This document shows, in pieces, positions 22,138 through 31,130 of a stretch of DNA of 64,000 bases (its first letter is position 1; each line of letters starts with the position of its first letter). This stretch comes from Fimbriimonadia bacterium (GTDB taxonomy: Bacteria > Armatimonadota > Fimbriimonadia > Fimbriimonadales > JABRVX01). The stretch spans positions 256,001 through 320,000 of the forward strand of contig JBGPGO010000001.1 of the NCBI GenBank assembly GCA_041483895.1, written 5' to 3'. Made by a program: the position numbers and the translations under genes. The notes beneath the pieces were generated by a model. It ran no database searches. It worked only from the letters and a program-made list of their open reading frames with translations, and was not told where the DNA came from.

Positions 22138-22548
22138 ATGAGCGAGGCTGGATACTCCGGGACAACTTTGGCCAAGAAGCTCGGCCTGAAGCCGGGGATG
22201 CGCGTGATGGTCTGCGACGAGCCGGCCAACTACTGGGAGCTCGTTGGGCACGATCTGATGGACTTTCGCTTCGGCGAGAAGAACCGGGACTTCATCCACT
22301 TCTTCACGGAAGGCCAATTCATGTTTCGGCTGTTTCTGCCCATTCTTGCCAAACTTCTGAAACCCGACGGCATGATCTGGGTTTCCTGGCCCAAAAAGAG
22401 CTCAGTGGTGCCGTCCGACATGACGGAAGATGTGATCCGAGACGTCTGCCTTCCCATGGGACTGGTGGACGTGAAAGTGTGTGCGGTCGACGAAACATGG
22501 TCCGGTTTGAAACTGGTTTGGAGGGTCGAGTTGAGGGAACGGGATTGA
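22138..22548 (+). CDS. DUF3052 family protein
   Basis: GYSGTTLAKKLGLK, IWVSWPKKSS, GLVDVKVCAVDETWSGLKLV. Confidence 0.88.
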   Translation: MSEAGYSGTTLAKKLGLKPGMRVMVCDEPANYWELVGHDLMDFRFGEKNRDFIHFFTEGQFMFRLFLPILAKLLKPDGMIWVSWPKKSSVVPSDMTEDVIRDVCLPMGLVDVKVCAVDETWSGLKLVWRVELRERD

Positions 22549-22733
22549 CTGGGTGAGTGAATGTTGAGTTGCCCCTACTTTCACTCACACCAGCCAGATT
22601 GGTAAATCCCAATTCAATCCATTACAGTAATTGGGGTTCGTTGACCCCTTCGCATCTCAGGTTGTCAGGCGAAACAATACAAACAATATGCAAGGTTTTT
22701 GTCAGCGACAGTTACCATCCAGAATCGCCGACA
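22549..22733 (-). ncRNA. Candidate ~185-nt four-hairpin small RNA
   Basis: Near-consensus promoter immediately upstream; hairpins 22700-22733, 22647-22695, 22608-22635, 22549-22593; no credible ORF. Confidence 0.55.
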
Positions 22734-22738
22734 GCAGC

Positions 22739-22767
22739 ATTGTATCGCACTTCGTTCCGAATGTCAA
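22739..22767 (-). promoter_or_regulatory. Near-consensus sigma70 promoter
   Basis: TTGACA-17nt-TACAAT. Confidence 0.75.
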
Positions 22768-22784
22768 GCAGCCATATCATATTT

Positions 22785-22813
22785 TTGCTTGGCCGCCCAC
22801 GGCGGGGTAGACT
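22785..22813 (+). promoter_or_regulatory. sigma70-type promoter for the GlmL-like gene
   Basis: TTGCTT-17nt-TAGACT, back-to-back with the minus-strand promoter. Confidence 0.6.
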
Positions 22814-22837
22814 ACCGAGGCTTTGAGGGAGGGTGAA

Positions 22838-24643
22838 TTGGCCGACAACAGCATCACGAGCATCATCGCGACCGATTGCGGAAGCACAACCACCAAAGCG
22901 ATTTTGATTGAAAAACAGGGCGACGAATATCGGTTGGTCAATCGCGGCGAGGCTCCGACGACCGTTGAGAGGCCTTTTGAAGACGTGACGGTCGGAGTTG
23001 TCAACGCGGTGCTCGAGGTCGAAGAGCTTTCCGGTAAGAAATTTCTGAAAGACGACAAAGTGCACACCATGGTGCATCGCGGCCGGCGCAAAGAGCAGCG
23101 GACGGATGATAACTACGCGGACATCTACCTTTCCACATCGAGCGCGGGCGGCGGCCTGCAGATGATGGTCGCCGGTTTGGTGCGGTCGATGAGCGCGGAG
23201 AGCGCCGAGCGCGCGGCTCTTGGCGCGGGCGCGATCGTGATGGATGTTCTTGCCGTCAACGATGGGCGGGAGGAGCACCAGCGCGTGGAGCGACTAAGGC
23301 AATTGCGGCCGGACATGGTTTTGATGTCCGGCGGAATCGACGGCGGAAACGTCGATCAGCTGGTGAACATTGCGGAGACAATTTTCGCCGCCGACCCCAA
23401 GCCCCGCTTCGGAGGGATGCGGCTGCCAGTCATATTTGCGGGGAACAAAGAAGCCCGGTCCGCCATCGAAGAAACGCTCGGCGCAAACATCGATATGAGG
23501 GCCGTAGACAATCTTCGTCCAACACTGGAGCGGGAGATGCTGGCCCCGGCGCGCGACGCGATCCATGAGCTGTTCTTGGAGCACGTCATGCAGCAAGCGC
23601 CGGGGTATTCGAAGCTGTCGGACTGGGTGAGCGAGGATATCATGGCGACGCCCAACGCGGTGTTCGAGATTATGCGAACCATCGCCCGCCAGCGCAAGAT
23701 GGATATCTTGGGTGTCGATATCGGTGGTGCTACGACGGATACTTTCTCCGTGTTTGGCAACATCCCGAACCGCACCGTCAGCGCCAATTTAGGGTTGAGC
23801 TACTCAATTTGCAATGTTCTCCATGAGGCAGGCGTGGATAATATTCAGCGTTGGATCCCGTTTGAAATCGACCCGTTTGAAGTGCGAAACCGGATGCGGA
23901 ACAAGATGATCCGGCCCACGACAATCCCCCAGACCTATCACGATCTGCTGATCGAGCAGGCTGTTGCCCGAGAGGCGCTGCGATTGGCTTTCGACCACCA
24001 TAAGGCGCTCGCTCGGGGGCTGAAGGGCGTGCAGCAGCAGCGGGACATCGGGGCTGCATTCGACCAATCCGAGACCGGCCAGACGCTGGTCAATCTGTGG
24101 AAGCTGGGGATGATTATCGGCTCCGGCGGCGTTCTCAGCCACGCGCCGCGCCGCGCCCAAGCCGCGCTGATGATGATGGACGCATACCAACCGACCGGGA
24201 TCACGATGCTGGCCGTTGATTCGATCTTTATGATGCCGCAGCTTGGCGTCCTTTCGAAAGTGTTGCCCGAGGCCGCGGACCAGGTGTTCGATCGCGACTG
24301 CCTCGTCCGGCTTGGGGATTGCATCGCCCCGGTTGGTATGGCAAAGCCCGGCGAGCCGTGCGTGACCGTCTCGTTTGGCGGCAAGACCGAGGCGGTTCCG
24401 TTCGGGGAGATCCGGGTGCTGCCGCTGGCGGAACGAGAATCCGTCGAAGCGAAGGTCGAGCCGGCGCGTGGTTTCGACGTGGGCGATGGCAAGGGCAAAG
24501 CGGTGACGCGGGAGTTGAACGGCGGAATTGTGGGGATCGTGATCGACGCGCGCGGCCGGCCTCTTATCCTGCCGTCCGACAGCTCACAGCGGGTCGCCAA
24601 ACTCCGCGAATGGCTCGCGGCATTTGGACTGCCGACGCCGTAA
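22838..24643 (+). CDS. Glutamate mutase L (GlmL/MutL-like ASKHA ATPase) family protein
   Basis: ATDCGSTTTKA, STSSAGGGL, SAERAALGAGA, VDIGGATTD, IIGSGGVLSHAP; TTG start after GAGGGAGG. Confidence 0.85.
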   Translation: MADNSITSIIATDCGSTTTKAILIEKQGDEYRLVNRGEAPTTVERPFEDVTVGVVNAVLEVEELSGKKFLKDDKVHTMVHRGRRKEQRTDDNYADIYLSTSSAGGGLQMMVAGLVRSMSAESAERAALGAGAIVMDVLAVNDGREEHQRVERLRQLRPDMVLMSGGIDGGNVDQLVNIAETIFAADPKPRFGGMRLPVIFAGNKEARSAIEETLGANIDMRAVDNLRPTLEREMLAPARDAIHELFLEHVMQQAPGYSKLSDWVSEDIMATPNAVFEIMRTIARQRKMDILGVDIGGATTDTFSVFGNIPNRTVSANLGLSYSICNVLHEAGVDNIQRWIPFEIDPFEVRNRMRNKMIRPTTIPQTYHDLLIEQAVAREALRLAFDHHKALARGLKGVQQQRDIGAAFDQSETGQTLVNLWKLGMIIGSGGVLSHAPRRAQAALMMMDAYQPTGITMLAVDSIFMMPQLGVLSKVLPEAADQVFDRDCLVRLGDCIAPVGMAKPGEPCVTVSFGGKTEAVPFGEIRVLPLAERESVEAKVEPARGFDVGDGKGKAVTRELNGGIVGIVIDARGRPLILPSDSSQRVAKLREWLAAFGLPTP

Positions 24644-24924
24644 TGAACCTGGCCGCGTTCAAATCCAGCGCCGGTCCGCCGAACGTCTCCATTCCGCTGC
24701 GGGCCCTGTGGCATGAGGCGAATGGTGACTGGGAGAAGGCCCACGATCTGTTGCAGCAAGATGACAGCGCTGCTTCCGCCTGGGTCCACGCCTATCTCCA
24801 TCGCAAAGAGGGGGACATCTCCAACGCAGCCTACTGGTACAGCCGCGCCCGCAAGCCGGTGGCCACCGACGGGTTCGAATCGGAGTGGGACCAAATCGCA
24901 TCTTCGTTGCTTGGTGAAACCTAG
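24643..24924 (+). CDS. Conserved hypothetical protein
   Basis: LWHEANGDWEKAH...AWVHAYLHRKEGDISNAAYWY; TAATG overlap with the upstream stop. Confidence 0.8.
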   Translation: MNLAAFKSSAGPPNVSIPLRALWHEANGDWEKAHDLLQQDDSAASAWVHAYLHRKEGDISNAAYWYSRARKPVATDGFESEWDQIASSLLGET

Positions 24925-24990
24925 GCAGGAACGTTAGGACCCTTGCGAGAAGCTCTTACCGACCGGAACACAAGCCGGGAGGTGAAGCCG

Positions 24991-25794
24991 ATGACGAAAT
25001 GCAAATGGTGCGGGATGGACTCGAGAGACGAATACACGTGCGAGTGGTGCAAGAAGGAACTGAAGCCCAGACCCCCTGCCCCTCCGCCACAGTTGCCGGT
25101 GTATAGCGATCCGGATCTGATCCAGACGCCGCGCCCGCAAGACCCTGGCGCGATTCCGTCCAGTCCGACGTTTCAGTCGCCCCCGCAAACGCCGCCCGTG
25201 TCTCAAGCGCCGGACCTCCACCTCCCTCCGCCGACCGCTCCCGTGACCACGTATGCGCGGATCGTGCAGCCAGTCGAGGTACCGTGGAGCCGTCGCGCCA
25301 GCCGGTTCCTGATCGTCGCTGTCCCAATGCTCATTGTTGGTTCGATAGCCATGCATCTCTTCCGCGGCAATCTCGGCGGCTATATTGCTGTGCTTTCCAT
25401 CGTGCAATTTATCAGCGGCATCACTTTGCCCGCGTTTCAGGTCGTCGGATTCTTCGATGACGAGTATAGGGACGTGTTCGCTGGAGTATTGTTGACCGCA
25501 CTTCTCGGACCTCTCCTTGGTGGATTGGCATACGGTCTTGTATTCGGCGGACTGTCGAGCGCGATGGGGTTGGATTACAGCAAGAGCGTTTTGGCGCTGA
25601 TGGGATGGACGATCATCTCGGGCACGATTCTCCATCTCGCATTCTTCGGCATAGATCCCACATTGGCGATTTGGGATGTCCTGGTCGCCGCCCTCAGCAT
25701 TGGGTGCGGAAACATTTTCACGACATTGCCACTAATGGCAATCTACCTGGGATGGTTCTTCGGGGGATTTTTCCGTCCGCTGGACCGGAATTAG
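24991..25794 (+). CDS. Zinc-ribbon, Pro-rich linker, multi-TM membrane protein
   Basis: CKWC...CEWC, proline-rich stretch, several hydrophobic helices; GGAGGT SD. Confidence 0.75.
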   Translation: MTKCKWCGMDSRDEYTCEWCKKELKPRPPAPPPQLPVYSDPDLIQTPRPQDPGAIPSSPTFQSPPQTPPVSQAPDLHLPPPTAPVTTYARIVQPVEVPWSRRASRFLIVAVPMLIVGSIAMHLFRGNLGGYIAVLSIVQFISGITLPAFQVVGFFDDEYRDVFAGVLLTALLGPLLGGLAYGLVFGGLSSAMGLDYSKSVLALMGWTIISGTILHLAFFGIDPTLAIWDVLVAALSIGCGNIFTTLPLMAIYLGWFFGGFFRPLDRN

Positions 25795-27440
25795 GCGGCG
25801 TGTTCAACCGGCATATGTTTCTCCCGCGTGCTGATGCGCCTGACGATCGCGGTGGGCGCGATACGCTCCCATTTGCCGGGTCCGATCAGCACGGCGACCA
25901 ACGCCAAGAACGATCCGAAGAATCGGTAGTCAATCAGATTCGCGTCTGTCAGCTGCATGATCAGCGCGCCAAACAGCCCGTATGCCGCGCCAACCCGCCA
26001 GACGTGGTCGCCACCCCGAGCCAGTTGGGCGATGCGGCCGGTCTCGCGACCGAGCCGCTGCGTTAACGCGCCGGGAGAATTGCCTCGCGACTCGGTCAGG
26101 AGACCGGTCGCATCAGCGGGGCACGGTCGGGAGACCGGCCGCATCAAGGGGGAACCTCGCGACTCGGTCAGGAGACCGGTCGCATCAGGATCTGTTTCTC
26201 GTAGCGCGTTCCGGGCGCGACGAAGGAACGCAAAGAAAACCAGCCACGCAAAGAGAGCGCCAATTACCCCGGCGTCCATAATCGGCTGCAGAAGCATGGA
26301 ATGCGAATGCGCCAGATTCCGAATGATGCCTGTGGGCACGTACGGGATGGAAGCATCGTAATACCGGTACGGCCCGACACCCATGAGCCAGTTATGCCGC
26401 AGCATCGAAAAGGTCTGCTGATAGATCAATTCACGAACATCGTCCTCCAAAACCGCCACGCCGCTCTGGAACAGCTCGATCCGGCCGTTTACGTCGGGCG
26501 TGGTGGCGATCCACAGTACGACCATGCCGACCGCCCCAAGCCAAACCAAAAGCAGCCCTTTCCGGTATCGGAACAGCAGCCATGTGGCTATCAGAGCAAA
26601 GATGCCGATGCCGGAGCGCGAAAGCGATACCCCCGCGCCCAACGCGCTGGACACAAACAACGCGAGACCGAGCCATCGCTCCCAACGAACTTTGCCGATA
26701 CACAGCAACACCGCCCCGAACAGGCCCATCATCACCATCGTCGCCGCGAAACTGTTGGCGTTCATGTTGAAGGGCGCCGCCCGGGCCTCCCACTGCTCGC
26801 CCGCCGTCATCGGCCCCGAGAATACATACCGGCTGATCCCGGATAGGGAGGCAATCATTCCGCACGCAAAGAAGCCAATGGACAGGCGTTTGGTCCAGCC
26901 TTCCTCGTCCGAGTTGACAAACACCAGCCATACGAGCAGCATGCGAACGAAGTTTGTCGCCGCGATGAATTCGCAATCGTGGGGCGAGTTATAGCGAAAG
27001 AATGAAAACAGAATGCAGACGAAGTAGACCGCTCCATACGCCAATCCCCAACCGTTGCCATAGGAGCGAATCGGCTCACGGCGATACAGCTTCGGGAGCA
27101 GAACCGCGAGGGCCGTGACGACGACTGCCAAGTCCAGGAGCGAAACCACCTCCGGCATGCGGATATCCTTCGCCGGCTCCCGCAGGCTGAGCACCCAGCT
27201 CCATGCCGGGTTGTACTCCATCGTTCTCGGATACAAAAGGATCGCGGCAAGCAGCAGCGGCGCTCGGGCTTTGGGGAAGAAGAACGCGGCAGTCAAGTTG
27301 GCGATGATGAGCGCGACCCCGAAAAATTCCATCGGATCGCTGAGGGCCACCAACGGCATGATCGCCATAGCGAGCAGAACCCAATACAGGCCGGCGAAAT
27401 GATGGGTTTCGAGGCGGAACCGCCGAACCGCTATTGCCAC
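25791..27440 (-). CDS. O-antigen ligase / Wzy-like polymerase family protein with an in-frame repeat insertion
   Basis: NANSFA, SLSRSG, WLMGVG, AHSHSMLLQ..DAGVIG; GTG start overlapping the flippase stop assumed. Confidence 0.85.
   Translation of the reverse strand: MAIAVRRFRLETHHFAGLYWVLLAMAIMPLVALSDPMEFFGVALIIANLTAAFFFPKARAPLLLAAILLYPRTMEYNPAWSWVLSLREPAKDIRMPEVVSLLDLAVVVTALAVLLPKLYRREPIRSYGNGWGLAYGAVYFVCILFSFFRYNSPHDCEFIAATNFVRMLLVWLVFVNSDEEGWTKRLSIGFFACGMIASLSGISRYVFSGPMTAGEQWEARAAPFNMNANSFAATMVMMGLFGAVLLCIGKVRWERWLGLALFVSSALGAGVSLSRSGIGIFALIATWLLFRYRKGLLLVWLGAVGMVVLWIATTPDVNGRIELFQSGVAVLEDDVRELIYQQTFSMLRHNWLMGVGPYRYYDASIPYVPTGIIRNLAHSHSMLLQPIMDAGVIGALFAWLVFFAFLRRARNALRETDPDATGLLTESRGSPLMRPVSRPCPADATGLLTESRGNSPGALTQRLGRETGRIAQLARGGDHVWRVGAAYGLFGALIMQLTDANLIDYRFFGSFLALVAVLIGPGKWERIAPTAIVRRISTREKHMPVEHAA
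26031..26186. repeat. Four copies of repeat family A inside the O-antigen ligase CDS
   Basis: 26031-26058 forward; 26087-26114, 26124-26145 and 26159-26186 inverted; translated as DATGLLTESRG twice. Confidence 0.85.
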
Positions 27441-28756
27441 CGAAGACTCCGGCTGACCTTGCGAATTCCGCGCTTGACGTGGGTCGGCTCGGCCACCCAC
27501 AACATCAGGAGCGCCGTGATCATGGTCGCGATGCTCGTGCCCGCCGCGATCCCATTAAGACCCATGAACTGGATAAGCGCGAACTTGATAATGAAATTCA
27601 TAATAACGCCGGCCAGCGCAAGACCCCACAGATCGGAGGACCTGCCCTGGGAATTGAGATACCGGACCGCGAGGTGGAGAAGTGAAACAGAAATGACCGT
27701 CGGACTGAGCCACAGCAGAGCCTGCGACGTATGCGCCGCCGCCTCCGCCGTAAACTTTCCGTGACCGAAGATGGCGACCACGATGGGGTGGCAGAATAGG
27801 GCCGTGATGGCCGCGACCGGGATCGTGATCGCCACCGTCGCCGCCGCTGAGCGGATGAGGCCGTTTGCAGCCTGTTCCGATTCCCCTTGCGCCTTCATCA
27901 ACGCGAATCGCGCGAGCAGAACCGTGGCGACCGAGGCGGCGAACAGGCTGGACGGCAGGTTGATCAGAACCGAGGCATAGTTAAATTGGGAAATCGCGCC
28001 GATCCCTAGGCCGCTCGCCAGCGTTCGGTCGATCGCGACGTTTACTTGAACGAGCCCGGAATAGAAAAGCACCGGCATCAGCGCCTTGAACACATGCTGG
28101 ACGGTATCCGGATCCGGTGCATTGCCCTTGGAGCTTTTCCGGGCGAACCATAGCTGCAGCGTTGCTTGGAGCGCGAGGCCGAAGATCAGTCCAATAGCCA
28201 ACGAGTTGACCTTGTCCGGCCGGAGAATTAAGAATGAAAGAATCACGAAGTTGAAGAAGACGGCGTGCAAGGCGGGCACCGCGAATCGTCCCGTCGCATT
28301 GCAGGCCGCGGCGCTGATTCCGACCAAAGCGGCCAGCGGCATTGTTATCACAAGGATTCGCAACAGGTTGGTGCTATGCGCGATGGTAGGATGGTAGTCG
28401 GTCTGCGCCAGCGCCCGGATGACCTGCTCGGCGAACAGGAAAAGTCCGAGACTGAGCAGCAGCGTGACGAGGAGCAGTCGGCCGCCGTATTTCCGCACGC
28501 ACAGCCATAAGGAGGCGCCCCCGGCAATCGCCGTGACGAAGGCGGGCACCATCGCCATACCCAAGGCCTCCGGCAATGCCGTGACAACCATGCCGGGCAG
28601 AATGTTCGCAAGCAGAAACGAGTCCAGTTCCCTGCCCGCGCCGAACTGCTGCGCTGTGAGCATTTCCCTTCCGAAGCCCATGATTCGGCCGCACGCCACC
28701 AGCAGAGTCAGACCGCCTGCCACTCGCAGGACGGCGCCCATGCGCAACCCGCTCAT
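27431..28756 (-). CDS. MurJ/MviN-like lipid-linked sugar flippase
   Basis: GRIMGFGREMLTAQQFGAG..LDSF, VNVAIDRTLASGL, FNYASVLINLP. Confidence 0.85.
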   Translation of the reverse strand: MSGLRMGAVLRVAGGLTLLVACGRIMGFGREMLTAQQFGAGRELDSFLLANILPGMVVTALPEALGMAMVPAFVTAIAGGASLWLCVRKYGGRLLLVTLLLSLGLFLFAEQVIRALAQTDYHPTIAHSTNLLRILVITMPLAALVGISAAACNATGRFAVPALHAVFFNFVILSFLILRPDKVNSLAIGLIFGLALQATLQLWFARKSSKGNAPDPDTVQHVFKALMPVLFYSGLVQVNVAIDRTLASGLGIGAISQFNYASVLINLPSSLFAASVATVLLARFALMKAQGESEQAANGLIRSAAATVAITIPVAAITALFCHPIVVAIFGHGKFTAEAAAHTSQALLWLSPTVISVSLLHLAVRYLNSQGRSSDLWGLALAGVIMNFIIKFALIQFMGLNGIAAGTSIATMITALLMLWVAEPTHVKRGIRKVSRSLRWQ

Positions 28757-29997
28757 GCCGCCATCCTCACGACGGCGGCGTCGCCCTGAGGGCTGAACGC
28801 TGATTCCGCGGCGAGGGCAAAGTACCGGGCATGGGCCACGTGATCGTGGTGGGAGACGGCGTAGTCGCGCCCCTCCTGTCCCATTTGACGCCGGTTCTCT
28901 TCATCGGCCAGCAGCCCCGCCGTCATCTCTGCCAGTTCGTATGGGTCCCCAGGCTCGACCAAGAATCCGTTCTCGCCATCCCGCACGGTCTCACAAAGTC
29001 CACCGGATCGCGATGCGACGACGGGAAGCCCGCAGCTCAAGGCCTCGATGGCGCTGAGGCCGAACGATTCTTCCGCCCGGTATGACGGGATGGACGGCAT
29101 GAGCAGAATGTCCGCGGCCCGGTAGACGGTCGGCATTCGATCGTGATCGATCGCGCCGAGAAATCGCACCTGCTCCCGTAGCCGATTCTCCTTTACGAAA
29201 TTCTCCAGCCGCGAGCGCATCGGGCCATCGCCGACAAACGCGAGGACGAACAGTTCTCCTTGATCCCTCAGGATTCGAGCCGCTTCCACCGCGATATGCG
29301 GACCCTTGATTTCTAGCAGGTGGCCAGCCTGGAGGAGCATCGCCACGTTCTCTGGCAGCCCCAACGCGCGGCGGGATCGCTCCTTCTGCCGCTCGCTGAT
29401 CGGCGGCGCGAATCGGTCGACGTCGATGGCGTTGTGCAGCATCGTGATGGGCCGAATCGTTGGGCCGATGAGCGCGATGATGTGGTTTCGCATCTTCTCC
29501 GAAACCGCGATCAGCGCGTCGGCGGCCAGCATCGCTCGGCGCTCCAATTCCAAGATTCGTCTCTCCCCGCGCGACCCCGGCGCCATCCAGCCCTGGCCCA
29601 CCTTTTCGTAGGTGTAATGGGAGTGGACGGTCAGCAGTATCGCGGCGCGCGGACAGAATCGATCCCGCACTTCGCGCGCGGCAAGCACGGAGGCGATGTC
29701 GTTACAAGCGAACACCTCCGGACCCGCGCCCCACTCGACGCGCCGCCGCATTCTCCGATATAAGAGCCGTGAATGCATCCGAATCGCATATTCGATTCCT
29801 GTGCCTTGCCGGAACAGGTTGACGCATCGAAACGGGACGCTGATCAGGGTGCGCGACAGGAATCGCGGCACGGCGTCCGCAGAGAGAATCAGCGCTTCAT
29901 GGCCATTGAAGTGCAGTCCCTGCTGGAGCAATCGCAAATGAGTCGCGATGCCGCCCGGCCGCTCTACCAGCGACTGCGTGAGAAGCCAAAGCCTCAT
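28753..29997 (-). CDS. Glycosyltransferase family 4
   Basis: GGIATH, HNAID, KG, ESFGLSAIEALSCGLPVVAS..GGLCETVRDGENG. Confidence 0.92.
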   Translation of the reverse strand: MRLWLLTQSLVERPGGIATHLRLLQQGLHFNGHEALILSADAVPRFLSRTLISVPFRCVNLFRQGTGIEYAIRMHSRLLYRRMRRRVEWGAGPEVFACNDIASVLAAREVRDRFCPRAAILLTVHSHYTYEKVGQGWMAPGSRGERRILELERRAMLAADALIAVSEKMRNHIIALIGPTIRPITMLHNAIDVDRFAPPISERQKERSRRALGLPENVAMLLQAGHLLEIKGPHIAVEAARILRDQGELFVLAFVGDGPMRSRLENFVKENRLREQVRFLGAIDHDRMPTVYRAADILLMPSIPSYRAEESFGLSAIEALSCGLPVVASRSGGLCETVRDGENGFLVEPGDPYELAEMTAGLLADEENRRQMGQEGRDYAVSHHDHVAHARYFALAAESAFSPQGDAAVVRMAA

Positions 29998-31130
29998 AGT
30001 TTTCCGATCGTATTGATGACGCCGATGCTGAGCAGCGGGGCCAACAGCTTCTCGAAATCCGTGCGCTTGGAGGCGTTGATGACCACGATATCGTCCGGCT
30101 CCAGCTTCGGGTTGCTTTTCGCATCGGCGTTCTTCAAATACTTGCGGAAGTCGTAGGTCAGCTTCGTCGTTTTCGGACCATCGCGCTTTAGAATCACGAT
30201 GGAGGCCATCACTCCGGATCGAAGAATGCCGCCCGATTTCGCCAACGCATCGGACAGGTACACATCGCGGTCGTCCGGCAGCTCATACCATCCCGGCGTG
30301 CCGACTTCGCCGAAGACCGCAACCTTGCTCTGCAATGGCGGAATGGTGAGAACGTCCTGATCTTCCAACGGCACGTCTTTCTGGACCTGCCCTTTTTGCA
30401 CGACGTCGCTGAGGTTGACCGGAATCTTCTTCCCGTTCCTGGTCACGAATGCGCGGCTCAGGGAAGGCGTCACCGGCTGGCTGGTGGTGAGCTGGCCACC
30501 CGCCTTTGCCAGCGCGATCACCGCCGTCGCGGGTTCATCCAAGTCGTATTGTCCGGGCAGAGTCACGCATCCCGCGACATAAACGCGGACCGTCTTTTTG
30601 GACTGGACGCTGATCGTGTCGCCTTCACGGAGCTGGAAGTTCGTCGCTCCCTCGCCGTCGCGCAGGATCTCCGACAACCGGACCTCGCGATCCGGTTCCC
30701 CCTGACGATAGAGACGGCAGACTGACTTTTCCGTGGGGATCATTAGGCCGCCCGCCGCCGCGACCGCCTCCGTTACGCGCCACTCCGGCTTCATCGGCCA
30801 GTTGCCGGGAGTCTTCACATCACCGATCACCGCCACCATCCGCATGCGAGGGGTGACAAGCGTCACGGCGACCTCGGGATGATTGAGCCGATCCGCAAGG
30901 CGCTCGGTCAATTCTTTGTCGATATCTTCAATCGTACGCCCGGCAGCCACGATCTCGCCGAGAACGGGGATGCTGACCTTGCCCCCGATCGGTATCGGCA
31001 TGGAGCATGCATATTCCGGGTGACGGACGACGGAAATTGAAATCACGTCGTCCACGCCCAACACGTAGGGATGCGGCCGGTCTCCTGACCGTGCCGCCGC
31101 CGAAAGGAGAACCGCCAATAGCCAACTCAT
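29994..31130 (-). CDS. Polysaccharide biosynthesis/export protein (Wza-like, SLBB repeats)
   Basis: YVLGVDDVISISV, IPVLGEIVAAGRT, three V.G.V..PG.Y SLBB repeats; start MSWLL at 31130. Confidence 0.88.
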   Translation of the reverse strand: MSWLLAVLLSAAARSGDRPHPYVLGVDDVISISVVRHPEYACSMPIPIGGKVSIPVLGEIVAAGRTIEDIDKELTERLADRLNHPEVAVTLVTPRMRMVAVIGDVKTPGNWPMKPEWRVTEAVAAAGGLMIPTEKSVCRLYRQGEPDREVRLSEILRDGEGATNFQLREGDTISVQSKKTVRVYVAGCVTLPGQYDLDEPATAVIALAKAGGQLTTSQPVTPSLSRAFVTRNGKKIPVNLSDVVQKGQVQKDVPLEDQDVLTIPPLQSKVAVFGEVGTPGWYELPDDRDVYLSDALAKSGGILRSGVMASIVILKRDGPKTTKLTYDFRKYLKNADAKSNPKLEPDDIVVINASKRTDFEKLLAPLLSIGVINTIGKL

